DNA of 63,540 nucleotides, filler included, from Pirum gemmata (Eukaryota): NCBI GenBank assembly GCA_002812295.1. It is 21 parts of 21 records of this genome, joined end to end, with 100 filler letters (N's around TTAATTAATTAA, not from the genome) between each part and the next. Parts side by side here need not be neighbours in the genome. Positions count along the whole stretch, not along the records: positions 51,153 to 53,784 come from PDIN01005258.1; positions 53,885 to 56,575 come from PDIN01005259.1; positions 56,676 to 59,292 come from PDIN01005260.1; positions 59,393 to 63,540 come from PDIN01005261.1; 17 more parts are not named here. One strand, 5' to 3'. Shown piece by piece: positions 52,147 to 63,540 of this stretch (position 1 is its first letter; each line of letters starts with the position of its first letter). The notes under the pieces were generated by a model. It saw only the letters and a program-made list of their open reading frames with translations, ran no database searches and was not told where the DNA came from. The position numbers and the translations under genes were made by a program.

Positions 52147-54151
52147 ATTTCCATCGCTGTTCCCAAATTCATAACGTTAACAATAATAACAAAAATAATG
52201 ATAATAACAAATAATAGTAATAAACAATAATAAATAATAAATAATGATAATAAATGATAATAAAATGATTATGATAAATGATAAAAGAGATATCGATAAA
52301 AATGATAATTATAATATTTTAAAACAGCCTAATAAATTTATAAAATCATTTTTTTCGCTTTCAATCTTTAGTTTAGTACGGTTTAAGTGTATAACTGAGC
52401 TTTTTTAAAAAATACATTATTACTTATAAAATGCCAAATTAAGAAAAAAATGTTTTATAGTTTTACTATATTAGTAATTTGGTATGTTTTTTTCAGCTCG
52501 TGGACTGTTGACGCGTGTGTGTGGGTCTAGTTAGCTAGAGCTAGGCTAGCTAGCTATGATAGTCTAGGTGGGATAGGGGGGGGGAGGGGATAGGGTCAGG
52601 GATTTGCGCCTGGGATTGGCTGGGGTTGGAGGGCCTAGCTAGGTGGTGTGGGTTAGGGGGGGGAGGGGAATCTCAGGGGATAGGGCCAGGGATTAGGGTT
52701 AGGGTTAGGGTTAGGGTTAGGGTTAGGGTTAGAGACGACCCGACCCTACCACCAGCCAGCTTCGGGAACTTCTCCCCCTCCCACCACACTACTCAGCACT
52801 CACTACCCTAACCCTAACCCTAACCCTAACCCTAACCCTAACCCCTAAGCCTAATAACCCTAACCCTAACCCTAACCCCTAAGCCTAATAACCCTAACCC
52901 TAACCCTAACCCTAACCCTAACCCTAACCCTAACCCTAACCCTAACCCTAAACTAACCCCTAACTAAGCCTAATAACCCCTAGCTAATAACCCTAACCCT
53001 AACCCTAACTAACCCTGAACTAGCTGGCTGGTCTAATAATATGACGGCGGAAATTAAGTAGACGGGTTCGGGTCTACTACTTTCAGCTAGCTAGAGGGTT
53101 AGCGTTAGGGTTAGGGTTAGGGTTTAAAATAAGGTTAGGGTTAGGGTTAGGGTTATTAGGCTTAGGGGTTAGGGTTAGGGTTATTAGGCTTAGTTAGGGG
53201 TTAGGGTTAGGGTTAGGGTTAGTTAGGGTAGTGTGGACCGTCCGAAAGGGCATAGGGTCATATCTACCTGAGTTTGAACTTTGAACTTTTTTATAGAGGC
53301 ATTGATTATCATTCGTTGATTTTTTTTACTACTAGAAAATACTAAAATATATTGAGAATATACCGGTTCTTTTTTTTTTTTGAAAAAAAAATCCTGCTGT
53401 TTCATGTAATTCCATAAGTCTATTTTTTATTACCATATTAGTATATTTTATGTATTATTGTTTTTTTAGAATTCTATAATTCTATTTTTTATTACCATAT
53501 TAGTATATTTTATGTAGAATTATTTTTTAGAATTCTATAATTCTATTTTTTATTACGTTGGCTATCTCCGGTTTTTTTTTAATAGCTGTGACGCAGGGAA
53601 GTTTTTTTTACTATTTCTCCGGTCCCGGTTCTGCGTTACAGAAATTATAATAATAATAATAATTATTATTTTTATAAATAGATTAGGGATAAAACTGACT
53701 AGATAAAAACTGATAATAAAAACTTTTATTATTATTGTTATCATCATTATTATCATTATTATCATTATTATCATTATTATCATTNNNNNNNNNNNNNNNN
53801 NNNNNNNNNNNNNNNNNNNNNNNNNNNNTTAATTAATTAANNNNNNNNNNNNNNNNNNNNNNNNNNNNNNNNNNNNNNNNNNNNTATTCATAAAGGATGT
53901 CACTTATTCTTTGATAGAAGTCATTGCTCGAAAGTGTGACTTAAACTGTTTTAGGCAGTAATTAATTAATTATCAAAATGAACTTTAATTAAAATTATGA
54001 CCAAAAGTGTTTTGGATAAAGAGGTATAGTATACCGTATAGGTATCGATAAGATTTTTAAAATTAATAGGTGATGTCCTTTTTAAAAAAATGATGATTCC
54101 TTAATAAAAATGGCTTTAGAAACCCTTTTACTAGAGCTTTGAGCCTGAGCC

Positions 54152-54340
54152 TATCGTGCTTTTCAGTTGTTTTGTTATCATAAAATATAAAAAAAAGAGT
54201 ACCAAATTAATACAATATGTATCCATTTCATTTAATTTGGCATATTTTATTATCTATTTATTCATTTAAAAATGTCAATTTAAATATCATAACCAACCAA
54301 ATAAATATTTGGAGTGACAAAATAAATGAAAAGCACAATA
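54152..54340. mobile_element. MITE family C (~189 bp; ~26-bp TIR TAT(C/T)GTGCTTTTCA(G/T)TT(G/A)TTTTGTCA)
   Basis: Copies at ~130-298, 11549-11608, 16519-16706, 22325-22393, 28135-28320, 41762-41945, 57870-58030 and 58259-58415. The terminus resembles that of family D. Confidence 0.85.
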
Positions 54341-55317
54341 TTAATCTAATACTAGCTAGCTACGTACTCTCCTTTAATTAAAATCACGATTCATCTATAG
54401 ATCAAAGACTCCATGAATTTTCTTTTTCGTGGGGTCTTTTATAATGTCCAAAACACTTTTGATCATAATTTTAAAGTTCCTTTTAATAATCAATTACTGC
54501 CTCAAACAGTTTAAGTCACACTTTCGAGCAATGACTTGACTTCTATCAAAGAATAAGTGACGTCATTTATGAATGCTTCCTATATATATCATAATTATAT
54601 CAGATATGAGTTTAGTAACTATCATAGTTTAGTGATATTATGAGTGACTAGAGAGTCAGGACCGAGACTGGAGTTCAAAAAAAAAAAATTTTTTTTTTGA
54701 ACTCCTTGAGGCTTGACTCTTGAGTCCTTGACTGATCATGTGGGAGTCTGGGAGAAAATAAAAAAAATCGAAGCAATGTTGCACAAAGATTCTGTATACC
54801 TAATAAAGGCTAATATATACCTCTCAGAGAGGAGATATTTTTTAAATACTCTATAATAATATATTATATATATAGTCTATATCATGATATATCCAGCTAA
54901 TAAGACTCATATACGATATACGGTCATATACCTAGGGTCATATGACTCATATGAGTCATATACCAGTATTATTTGGTCATTTGGTCGTATTTATCATAAA
55001 TTCATAATAGCGGTCCATTATTAGCTACTAGCTATCATAGCTAGAGTCTAGAGTCTAGACTCTAGCTAGCTAGAGTAGGTATTTAATATTAGACGAGTAT
55101 TAATTATTTTACTCTAGAATATAATTATCATGATCAGAAGATATCAATATCATGATATATGATATTATATATTATATTATTCTATGATACCAGGTAGACT
55201 ATTAAAGTACTATATATTAACTAGCTTGGCTAGCTAGGCAATAAATATTATTAAATAATCAACATAAAAAAAGTGTGTGTATTTTGTATAATAAGAATAA
55301 TCAGTAAGATTACGCTG

Positions 55318-55375
<58 letters not shown>

Positions 55376-55376
55376 G

Positions 55377-55428
<52 letters not shown>

Positions 55429-55525
55429 NNNNNNNNNNNNNNNNNNNNNNNNNNNNNNNNNNNNNNNNNNNNNNNNNNNNNNNNNNNNNNNNNNNNNNNN
55501 NNNNNNNNNNNNNNNNNNNNNNNNN

Positions 55526-55584
<59 letters not shown>

Positions 55585-55617
55585 TACTACTACTACTACT
55601 ACTACTACTACTTAGTG

Positions 55618-55681
<64 letters not shown>

Positions 55682-58600
55682 GACAACTACTACGACTACT
55701 ACTACTACGACAACTACTACGACAACTACTACTACTACTACTACTACTACGACACTAGCATATATGACATATTATTAAATATATTGTGATCAAATTTATA
55801 AAAATCAGTTCAAACATAGACTAGCTAGCTAGCTAGTAGAGACTAGCTAGCTAGCTAGTAGAGACTAGCTAGCTAGCTAGAAGGCACCAATTTGAAATTA
55901 ATATCATATCGATACTCGATTCGATAGCCAAGTTTTTTTTGGGCAACCTATGATAGGTCTGGCAGACAAGCTCTAGCTAGCTACCGGTAGCTAGACAGGT
56001 AGACTAGCCTAGTTATCGTGTTTTTACGTGTTATTACCTAGCTACTAGTACCTAGCTAGTAGCTAGTGTTAATTGTGTTATTATGATACTATGGTTAAAA
56101 CTATTGGACATGTTTTGGTATTTTATATAAACTTGAAAAAAAAAAATATACATATATATATATTAGACGGGGGTCTATTATCAGTCTATTATCCCGTCTA
56201 GACCTATAGTCTATGAAATTAATTTTATTATACATGTAGCTCAATACTATGAACAACATAATATTATATTAAATAGGTGTTTATTAAGAGTTTATTAAGT
56301 GTTTATTATCGACAAAGAAAAAACTAAAATTATTATTTGCTTGTTGTAGAAATTTTGTATGAATAAATTTTCTTTCAAATAAGATAATATTTTTTCTCTT
56401 TTTTTCACTTTTTCATAGACTACATTCTTCTGTCACTTACAACTTACCCAATTGATACATTATGCTACCTATTTGTTATTCGGAACCAAAATTATATCCA
56501 TAATTTGACTAATTTCCGGTTATTTTCAACATTATAAATCGCTAGTTTAATAGTCTATAAATAAATCGGGCTAAANNNNNNNNNNNNNNNNNNNNNNNNN
56601 NNNNNNNNNNNNNNNNNNNTTAATTAATTAANNNNNNNNNNNNNNNNNNNNNNNNNNNNNNNNNNNNNNNNNNNNATAATACTAATAATAATAATAGTGT
56701 TTTTATTAACCAAAACGAAAATGGTAAAGAATATGATTATCTAGATACAGAAAATCAAATTGATAATGAAAATTATGGAATAATTAATATTACTAATATT
56801 ACTAATGGTGATTTTAAGATTGTTACAACACCATCAAATTTAGGTTTGTTTCAATATCATTTTAATAAAGAATAATTAAACAGTGTTAAAAAATAACTAT
56901 TTTGAAATTATTTTCAATCTTGCCCAATTTGCAATTTTGTTTTAATTTTAAAAAATTTGTATATACATTTTCTGTTTGTGTTGAGATGTTTGTGTCGAAT
57001 GACCAAGTCCAAAACAGGCCTATATTAATTAATATAAGTTTTAATTTAATTTATTTTATTAATTTTAACCCTAACCCTATAGCTAACCCTAACCCTAACC
57101 TTCTCACCTAGAGGTCACCTTTCTCACCCTTCTAGGTCACCGTCTATCACCTTGGATTCCTTGGATACCAGGAAGGCTTTGTAATTTGTAAAACTCTTGT
57201 ATTAATAGTACTCTTGTAAATCAGGAAATTCCTTGGGAGCCGTGACCCTTTTAAATGAGAATTTTAGTTTCTTGATCATGGTATATTAATACGTATAAGC
57301 TTAATTAAGTTAATGGTTTGATTGTCAGTTAACGTTGGTTTTGACTTGTACTTTTCATAATGATGATATATATAGTTATGATGAGCAATTGTACTGTTTT
57401 TTTGTATTATAGCGTTGTAGTCGTTGTTGTGGATATTGTTGGAGTTGTTGTCTACGTTCGGATTTATGAGATGTCTCATGGTTTTTCCAGTTCAAAACTA
57501 GCTAGCTAGCTAGTCTAGCTAGAATCTAGTATCATATCGTGTTTTTCAATAGCGTTGTCCAGTTCAAAAACTGAAATAAGCATACCAAATTATTATTATG
57601 GTTAAACTATCAGACATTTTTTAATTAATTTGGTATTTTATACATAATATTTTATTTTATAAACAAGTTCAATTATACACTTAAACAGTGCCAANNNNNN
57701 NNNNNNNNNNNNNNNNNNNNNNNNNNNNNNNNNNNNNNNNNNNNNNNNNNNNNNNNNNNNNNNNNNNNNNNNNNNNNNNNNNNNNNNNNNNNNNNNNNNN
57801 NNNNNNNNNNNNNNNNNNNNNNNNNNNNNNNNNNNNNNNNNNNNNNNNNNNNNNNNNNNNNNNNNNNNNGAATATTTATTTGGAGGGCTATAATATTTAA
57901 ATTGACATTTTTAAATCAATAAATAGATAATAAAATATACCAAATTAAATTAAATGGATTTATATTTTATTAATTTGGAACTATTTATTGTATATTTTAT
58001 GATGACAAAACAACTGAAAAGCACGATACTACTAGCTAGATAATAAAGGACGTCACCTAATCTTACCTGTACCTCTTTGACCAAAACACTTTTGGTCATA
58101 ATTTTAAAGTTCATTTTAATAATTAAGTATTGCCTAAAACTGATTAAGTCACACTTTCGAGCAATGACTTTTATCAAAGAATAAGCTTAAGTGACTAAGA
58201 GTAAGTGACGTCCTTTATTAATGAAGGGAATTAAAAAGACTTTAAAAAGTATACCAGTAGTGCTTTTCAGTTGTTTTGTCATCATAATAATATACAATAA
58301 ATAGTACCAAATAAATACAATATAAATCCATTTAATTTAATTTGGTATATTTTATTATCTAATTATTGATTTAAAAATGTCAATTTAAAGATTATAACCC
58401 TCCAAATAAATATTTAGGTAAAAGAACAGCGGTGAGAAATTGTGATATTTATTAAAAATGTAATGACGTCATAAACATTGCCCACTTACTTTAGCGCTCA
58501 ACCTTAAATACATATGGTGACGTCATACGCAATTATCCTGTTACTTTAGAATTACTTTCTAAAGGCATCATATCACCTAACCCTAACCCTAACCCTAACC

Positions 58601-61489
58601 CTAACCCTAACCCTAACCCTAACCCTAACCCTAACCCTAACCCTAGATTAGGGAAAATGATAATAATAATACATGAAAATTGAAACTTACTTATAAGTTA
58701 GTGCTTGAAGGCAAGAATTAATTTATTCCTTTATTATGACTTATAACGTTATTAATAACCCTAACCCTAATACAATTATAAAAATGGTATTTTAATGGTC
58801 AAGTCTCATGGTCTTATGAACGGGTACCCTAACCGGTACCTCTATGATAACCCTAACTCTAGCTAGGTCCCTAACTTAATTAACCCTAACAGTCCCTAAC
58901 CTTAAAACCCTATCCCAAAACTCTAATTCTTGCCCTCTTGTTCTTTAGTTTTGTGTAATAGTCTAAAAGTAGTCTAAAACACCATATATAATATCGATAA
59001 TAGAACTATATAAAAATTATTTATAATGCTACTAGAACTCTACTAGCTAGGAGCTACTATCGTAGTATCATAGTAAAATAAATAAAAGAGAATATTACAT
59101 CACTTTTCTGCACATTGACGTCATATATGGCATCACAATGACGTTTTAATTCAAGAGATTTGGGATTGCTAGCTAGCTAGCTAGCTAGTAGTAGCTAGCT
59201 AGCTACTAGCTAGTAGTGAGAGTTGGAGTACACAGTCTACCTACTTGAGAGTCGAGCTGTTATTATTATCGATATTATTATTATTATTATTANNNNNNNN
59301 NNNNNNNNNNNNNNNNNNNNNNNNNNNNNNNNNNNNTTAATTAATTAANNNNNNNNNNNNNNNNNNNNNNNNNNNNNNNNNNNNNNNNNNNNATAATAAT
59401 AATAATAATAATAACAAAATAATAAATAAAAAAAAAGGAACGAGGTAAATGGTCAAAAAACCCTGAAAAAAGTCCTAAAATTTTTGACCTAGCTTTTGAT
59501 GCTATTTTTAGATTTATACCATATATATGATTATCCACACAGTTTCCACCTCTAGTAGCTAGGTTTCCACACAGTTCCACAGTGTGGACAGCCTATTAAA
59601 AAGTATGGACAGCTTGTTGTTCGCACTGGGGTTGAGTGACACTGAGTGTGAACAAAAAAAACACATCCACACTGCTTACACACTCTGGGTTGGCATGAGG
59701 GCATGAGGTGAACTATGCGGTGTCAACATTATGTATGCATTGTGGGCATTTGTGGGCCTTGTGGCAAATTGATTGTAGGAGTTTGTGGGAAATTGGGAAA
59801 AAAAAATCTTCTTTTTTTGATAATATTTTTTCATATCCGCAATTCCGCATCCACTAGCTAGTAGTAGAGGCATATTGATTGAGGGTTAACTAAAGAAAGA
59901 AAAGAAAAAATGATTTTATAAATAAATCCAGTTATCATCTGACTTTTTTTTTTTTTTCACAGCTAAGCTGGAAAAAAAAAAAAAAACGTTGGTTGTGCCA
60001 GGACTCAGTAGTGCAGGGACAAGTTGCTGAACAGGGAGGCTGGTTGTGGGCCTGTGGCAGTTTGTGGTTTAGTCTAACCGATACCAAAAGGGCTATGATA
60101 CGGTCTCATCATGATAAAATAGTATAAAATCATTAGTCCACGTACTTGGTTTGACAGAGTTTTAACAATTGCTGCAATAATAACATTAATAACAACAATA
60201 ACAATATTAATAACAATAATTTATAATCACAATAATAACAATAATAACAATAATAACAATAATAGCAATAATAACAATAATAACAATATTATTAATAATA
60301 ATAATTAATATTATATAATTACATACAATTTCATACATACATAATATATATATAAATAATAACCAAATAAAAATAAAATTAAAAATAATATATAGTGATG
60401 ATAATCAAATTTTAAAATTAAAAAAAAACAATAATAAAAAAAAAATCCTGAGAAAATCCTTGAAAAATCTCAATTTTAAAATTAAAAAATACCAATCAAT
60501 GTTTATGATTTAATTAATAATGATTTAATTAATAATCACGTTATGAAAAAAAAAAACGATATACAAAATTCCTTTCATTACAGTTGTCCTATATATTTGT
60601 TGTCCTCTCAATCTTTTATTTGTTACGTTTAAGTGTATAATTGAACTTGTTTATAAACTGAAACATTAATTATATATAACTTTAATTAAAAAATACCAAA
60701 TTAATTAAAACATGTTCGATAGTTTAACCATAATAATAATTCGGTACGTTTATTTCAGTTTTTGAGCTGGACAACGTTAACATTATCGAAAAACACAATA
60801 GTAGAAAGTATTCTAGAGGAAGTGCTCTAGGACTGAACTTAATTAAAATAGTTAGATATCAAATACTGATCAAAATTTTTAATTATCGCTAGTAGGTATA
60901 TATTATGTGGTCTACAGACAACTTAATTAAAAATCAGAAAAAAAATGTAGAAAACAGAAATTTTTTTATTTTTAAATTTATATCAGTTAGGGTTAGGGTT
61001 AGAGTTAGGTTAGGTCTGTTGGGTTAGGGTCAGGAGGGTTAGGGATATATAGGTTAAAGTTAGGGTTTTGTAAACACTTAGTAACTCTAAGCGGCACGTT
61101 CCTGTGGGCATATATTTTTTTGTTGTGTTTTTTTGTTTCTTTTTCTTTGTTTTTTATTATTTCTATTATATATATTATATAATATATATATTATATGGAA
61201 CCAGCTGTGGGTCTTTCGGCCCTTTTATTATAATACCTAACGTATTTTTACCCAATATAATAAAAGTTTGTATAAAAATTAGTATATATATGTGATTATA
61301 TTTTATTAACCGAATTGTGGCAAAACAAAAAAAACAAAAAAAAAACAAAAAACAAAAAACAAAAGAACCAAAACAAAAAACAAAAAACAAAAAGCAAAAA
61401 ACAGAAAACAAAAAATAAAAAAGAAAACAGAAAAAGAAAAAAAATAAAAAATAAAAAAGAAAACAAAAAAAAACCTAAAACTAAAAAAA

Positions 61490-62139
61490 ATGAAAGTATT
61501 ATTGAGAGCTCTTTTATTTAACGCATTCACCAGTTTTTTAAACGACATGGTGATTACTGTTGAAGCTAAACCGTTCTATCATACCCAAAACTTTAATAAT
61601 ACGAATGCTAGTCATGAATTAGAAATCGTACGTAACATTCGCTCCGTTACCCCCGTCCCAGCTGTGAATCCCATGTCAGGTGTGGATGTTTTAGCAGCCT
61701 TCAGTAATGCTTTTGTTGGTATTGGAGGCTTGGCTACTGCCGGACAGTTCATTTATGGTATTTTTATATAGTATTTTAACAGCTGACTAACAACATTGAT
61801 TAAAATTAATAACAATATTAATAAAAGTAAATTATAATAATAATAATTGGTTGTAATTTTAAAAAAAAAATTGTATTAATATTAATAGTAATATTAATTG
61901 TAATTTTTTAAATTGTGTACAGGTATAATCGAATCACAAAAAAGCAATGCCGCCAAAGCTGCTTATCAAAAAGCCATGATAAATACACTTTATTCTATAT
62001 CCACCAAATTATCCACTATCAGTAATCAATTAACAACAATGGAACAACAACTCACTAAGATTCAGCAATCAATATCAGGTTTATTATTAGACCCATCTCT
62101 TAATGCCATCAAAACTTATGGTGACGAATATTATGTGAA
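61490..62139 (+). CDS. Putatively secreted protein, 5' part; exons 61490-61757 and 61923-62139 (truncated at the N join)
   Basis: ATG after an A-rich leader and an in-phase GT-AG intron. The product has a hydrophobic N-terminus, an RNIR site, a G/A-rich hydrophobic segment and a heptad repeat. Confidence 0.8.
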
Positions 62140-62143
62140 NCTC

Positions 62144-62450
62144 CTGCCCATATAAAAAAACGTTTTGTTTTAAATAATTACAAAGGAATGGATAACGGCA
62201 ATAAGAAAAATGACATAAAAGAAAAACTTTTTAAAAATATGATTACCGGAAATGAAAGTTATAAAATTATTCAAGAATGGAGAAAAGGTAACATTAGATA
62301 AGATTCAATAATGGTAGCGAATTATTATTTTACCGAATACCATTACGAGTATTTCGTAGACTCCGTAAACTCTCGTATACCACTTCGAACTCTTGTATAC
62401 ATATCGAAATTACCTATTCTATAGTACGATTACGAAAACAAAAATATATG
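62144..62450 (+). pseudogene. Coding-like frame interrupted by TAA and TAG
   Basis: PAHIKKRFVLNNYKGMDNGNKKNDIKEKLFKNMITGNESYKIIQEWRKGNIR*DSIMVANYYFTEYHYEYFVDSVNSRIPLRTLVYISKLPIL*YDYENKNI* reads in a single frame. Confidence 0.45.
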
Positions 62451-62545
62451 AAAGAGATAGAAATTGCTCGGCAAAAGACATTTTATTAAATTAATAATAA
62501 AATTATAAACCTTCACAACTAAATAATTTGTTAACAAACAACAAT

Positions 62546-63310
62546 TTACGGTTTCATAAATCTATAATTTGGATTGACATCAGCAAGTTTTCTATTACAA
62601 TAAATACGCGCACCGCCAAAATTACTACATGCACCTTCTTCCGTTAAACACGAAGGGTCTGTTGGATCACTACTTAAGTTAAATTCCTTGTTAATAAAAT
62701 CATTAACATTATTTAGTGTAAATGGTTTGGTATTCAAAGACGTATCTTGAAATGTTATGAGCCATTCATATTGGGTATCACCATATATTGGACCATCTTT
62801 ACCACACTCCTTTAACCAATACTTTGAATTAGATTTAGACTTAATTGTATACATAAAATTTCCTTTAGAATTTTTAATCTGCGTTATTATTAAAGGTTTT
62901 TTGGTTTTGTGATCGTGGTAAATGTAGGGTGCACCTCCGCTTGAAAAGGTATTTATATCTAAATATCCACCTGAATGAATATTTTCGATAAGTAATTCAA
63001 CAGTATTTGTACTAGTACTTTTACTTGTATTTGTACTTGTGGCTGTGGCATCATTTTTTTTGAAAAATAAAAAGTAAACGCCAACACCTATAGCCACGAA
63101 TAATACTACCGCAATTGCAATAAAAATCATGGTGTTATTGTTATTTGATTTGTTATTTTTAAGTTTATTATTACTATTATTATTATCAAAATTATTATTA
63201 TCAAAATTATTATTATCAAAATTATTATCATCAAAATTATTATTATCAAAATTATTATCAAAATTATTATCAAAACTATTATCAAAACTATTATCAAAAC
63301 TATCAGTCAT
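62546..63310 (-). CDS. Intronless type II membrane protein: (N/S)FDN repeats, TM, S/T stalk, possible ricin-B/beta-trefoil lectin-like domain
   Basis: TM segment MIFIAIAVVLFVAIGVGVYFLFF-KK; LIENIHSGGYLD, YTIKSKSNSKY and QYEWLI resemble beta-trefoil repeats (the domain call is tentative). Confidence 0.75.
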   Translation of the reverse strand: MTDSFDNSFDNSFDNNFDNNFDNNNFDDNNFDNNNFDNNNFDNNNSNNKLKNNKSNNNNTMIFIAIAVVLFVAIGVGVYFLFFKKNDATATSTNTSKSTSTNTVELLIENIHSGGYLDINTFSSGGAPYIYHDHKTKKPLIITQIKNSKGNFMYTIKSKSNSKYWLKECGKDGPIYGDTQYEWLITFQDTSLNTKPFTLNNVNDFINKEFNLSSDPTDPSCLTEEGACSNFGGARIYCNRKLADVNPNYRFMKP

Positions 63311-63446
63311 ACTTTATTTGAATATTAAAAAAAAATATTTATGTTTTATATTTCAATTATTATAACTTCAATAACGAATATTTCGAATAGCAATGTATAA
63401 TAAAAATACAAAAAGTAGTAAAACTATCATAAAAAACATAATTGTT

Positions 63447-63540
63447 TTAAATTTGACAATATCCCGAGCTAGATCCCGAACTCGTCGAAGGAGTCGAGCT
63501 TGATCCCGAACTCGTCGAAGGAGTCGAGCTTGATCCCGAA
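63447..63540 (-). CDS. 3' end of an ORF with 30-bp tandem repeats (SGSSSTPSTS)n
   Basis: The unit gatcccgaactcgtcgaaggagtcgagctt repeats to the window edge; the minus frame reads ..SGSSSTPSTSSGSSSGYCQI*. Confidence 0.5.
   Translation of the reverse strand, partial: SGSSSTPSTSSGSSSTPSTSSGSSSGYCQI

Noticed and set aside
62144..62450. Alternative genetic code (TAA/TAG = Gln)
   Set aside because: Intact genes here end in TAA, TAG or TGA and have no in-frame stops, so the interrupted frames are better explained as pseudogenes.

Overview
This window is not one locus. It is 21 short (~2.6-5 kb) scaffolds from a very AT-rich, intron-rich eukaryote, concatenated with 20 artificial 100-bp linkers (N44-TTAATTAATTAA-N44), so adjacency across linkers means nothing. 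TTAGGG repeats, GT-AG introns and a receptor with many phosphotyrosine-type docking motifs fit a unicellular holozoan such as an ichthyosporean, but that assignment is inference only. Recognisable genes, mostly partial: a multi-exon SdsA1/Bds1-type alkyl sulfatase whose halves lie in permuted order, a LITAF-domain protein, a purple acid phosphatase, an ABCA exon, a two-RRM nucleolin/Nsr1-like protein, a PAS-domain fragment, THUMPD1/TAN1 (complete, 5 exons) and POP5 exon 1 (absent from the ORF track). Less ordinary proteins: an LRR-TM receptor whose kinase-less tail carries nine YxxP motifs, a putatively secreted protein with a furin site / hydrophobic segment / heptad layout, and a compact intronless virus-like segment at the right end. 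The rest is several MITE families (two PIF/Harbinger-like), interstitial telomeric arrays (often inside introns), microsatellites, (AGCT)n runs and a 21-bp/150-bp higher-order satellite. Most long ORFs in the track are translated microsatellites. No rRNA, tRNA or CRISPR array was seen.
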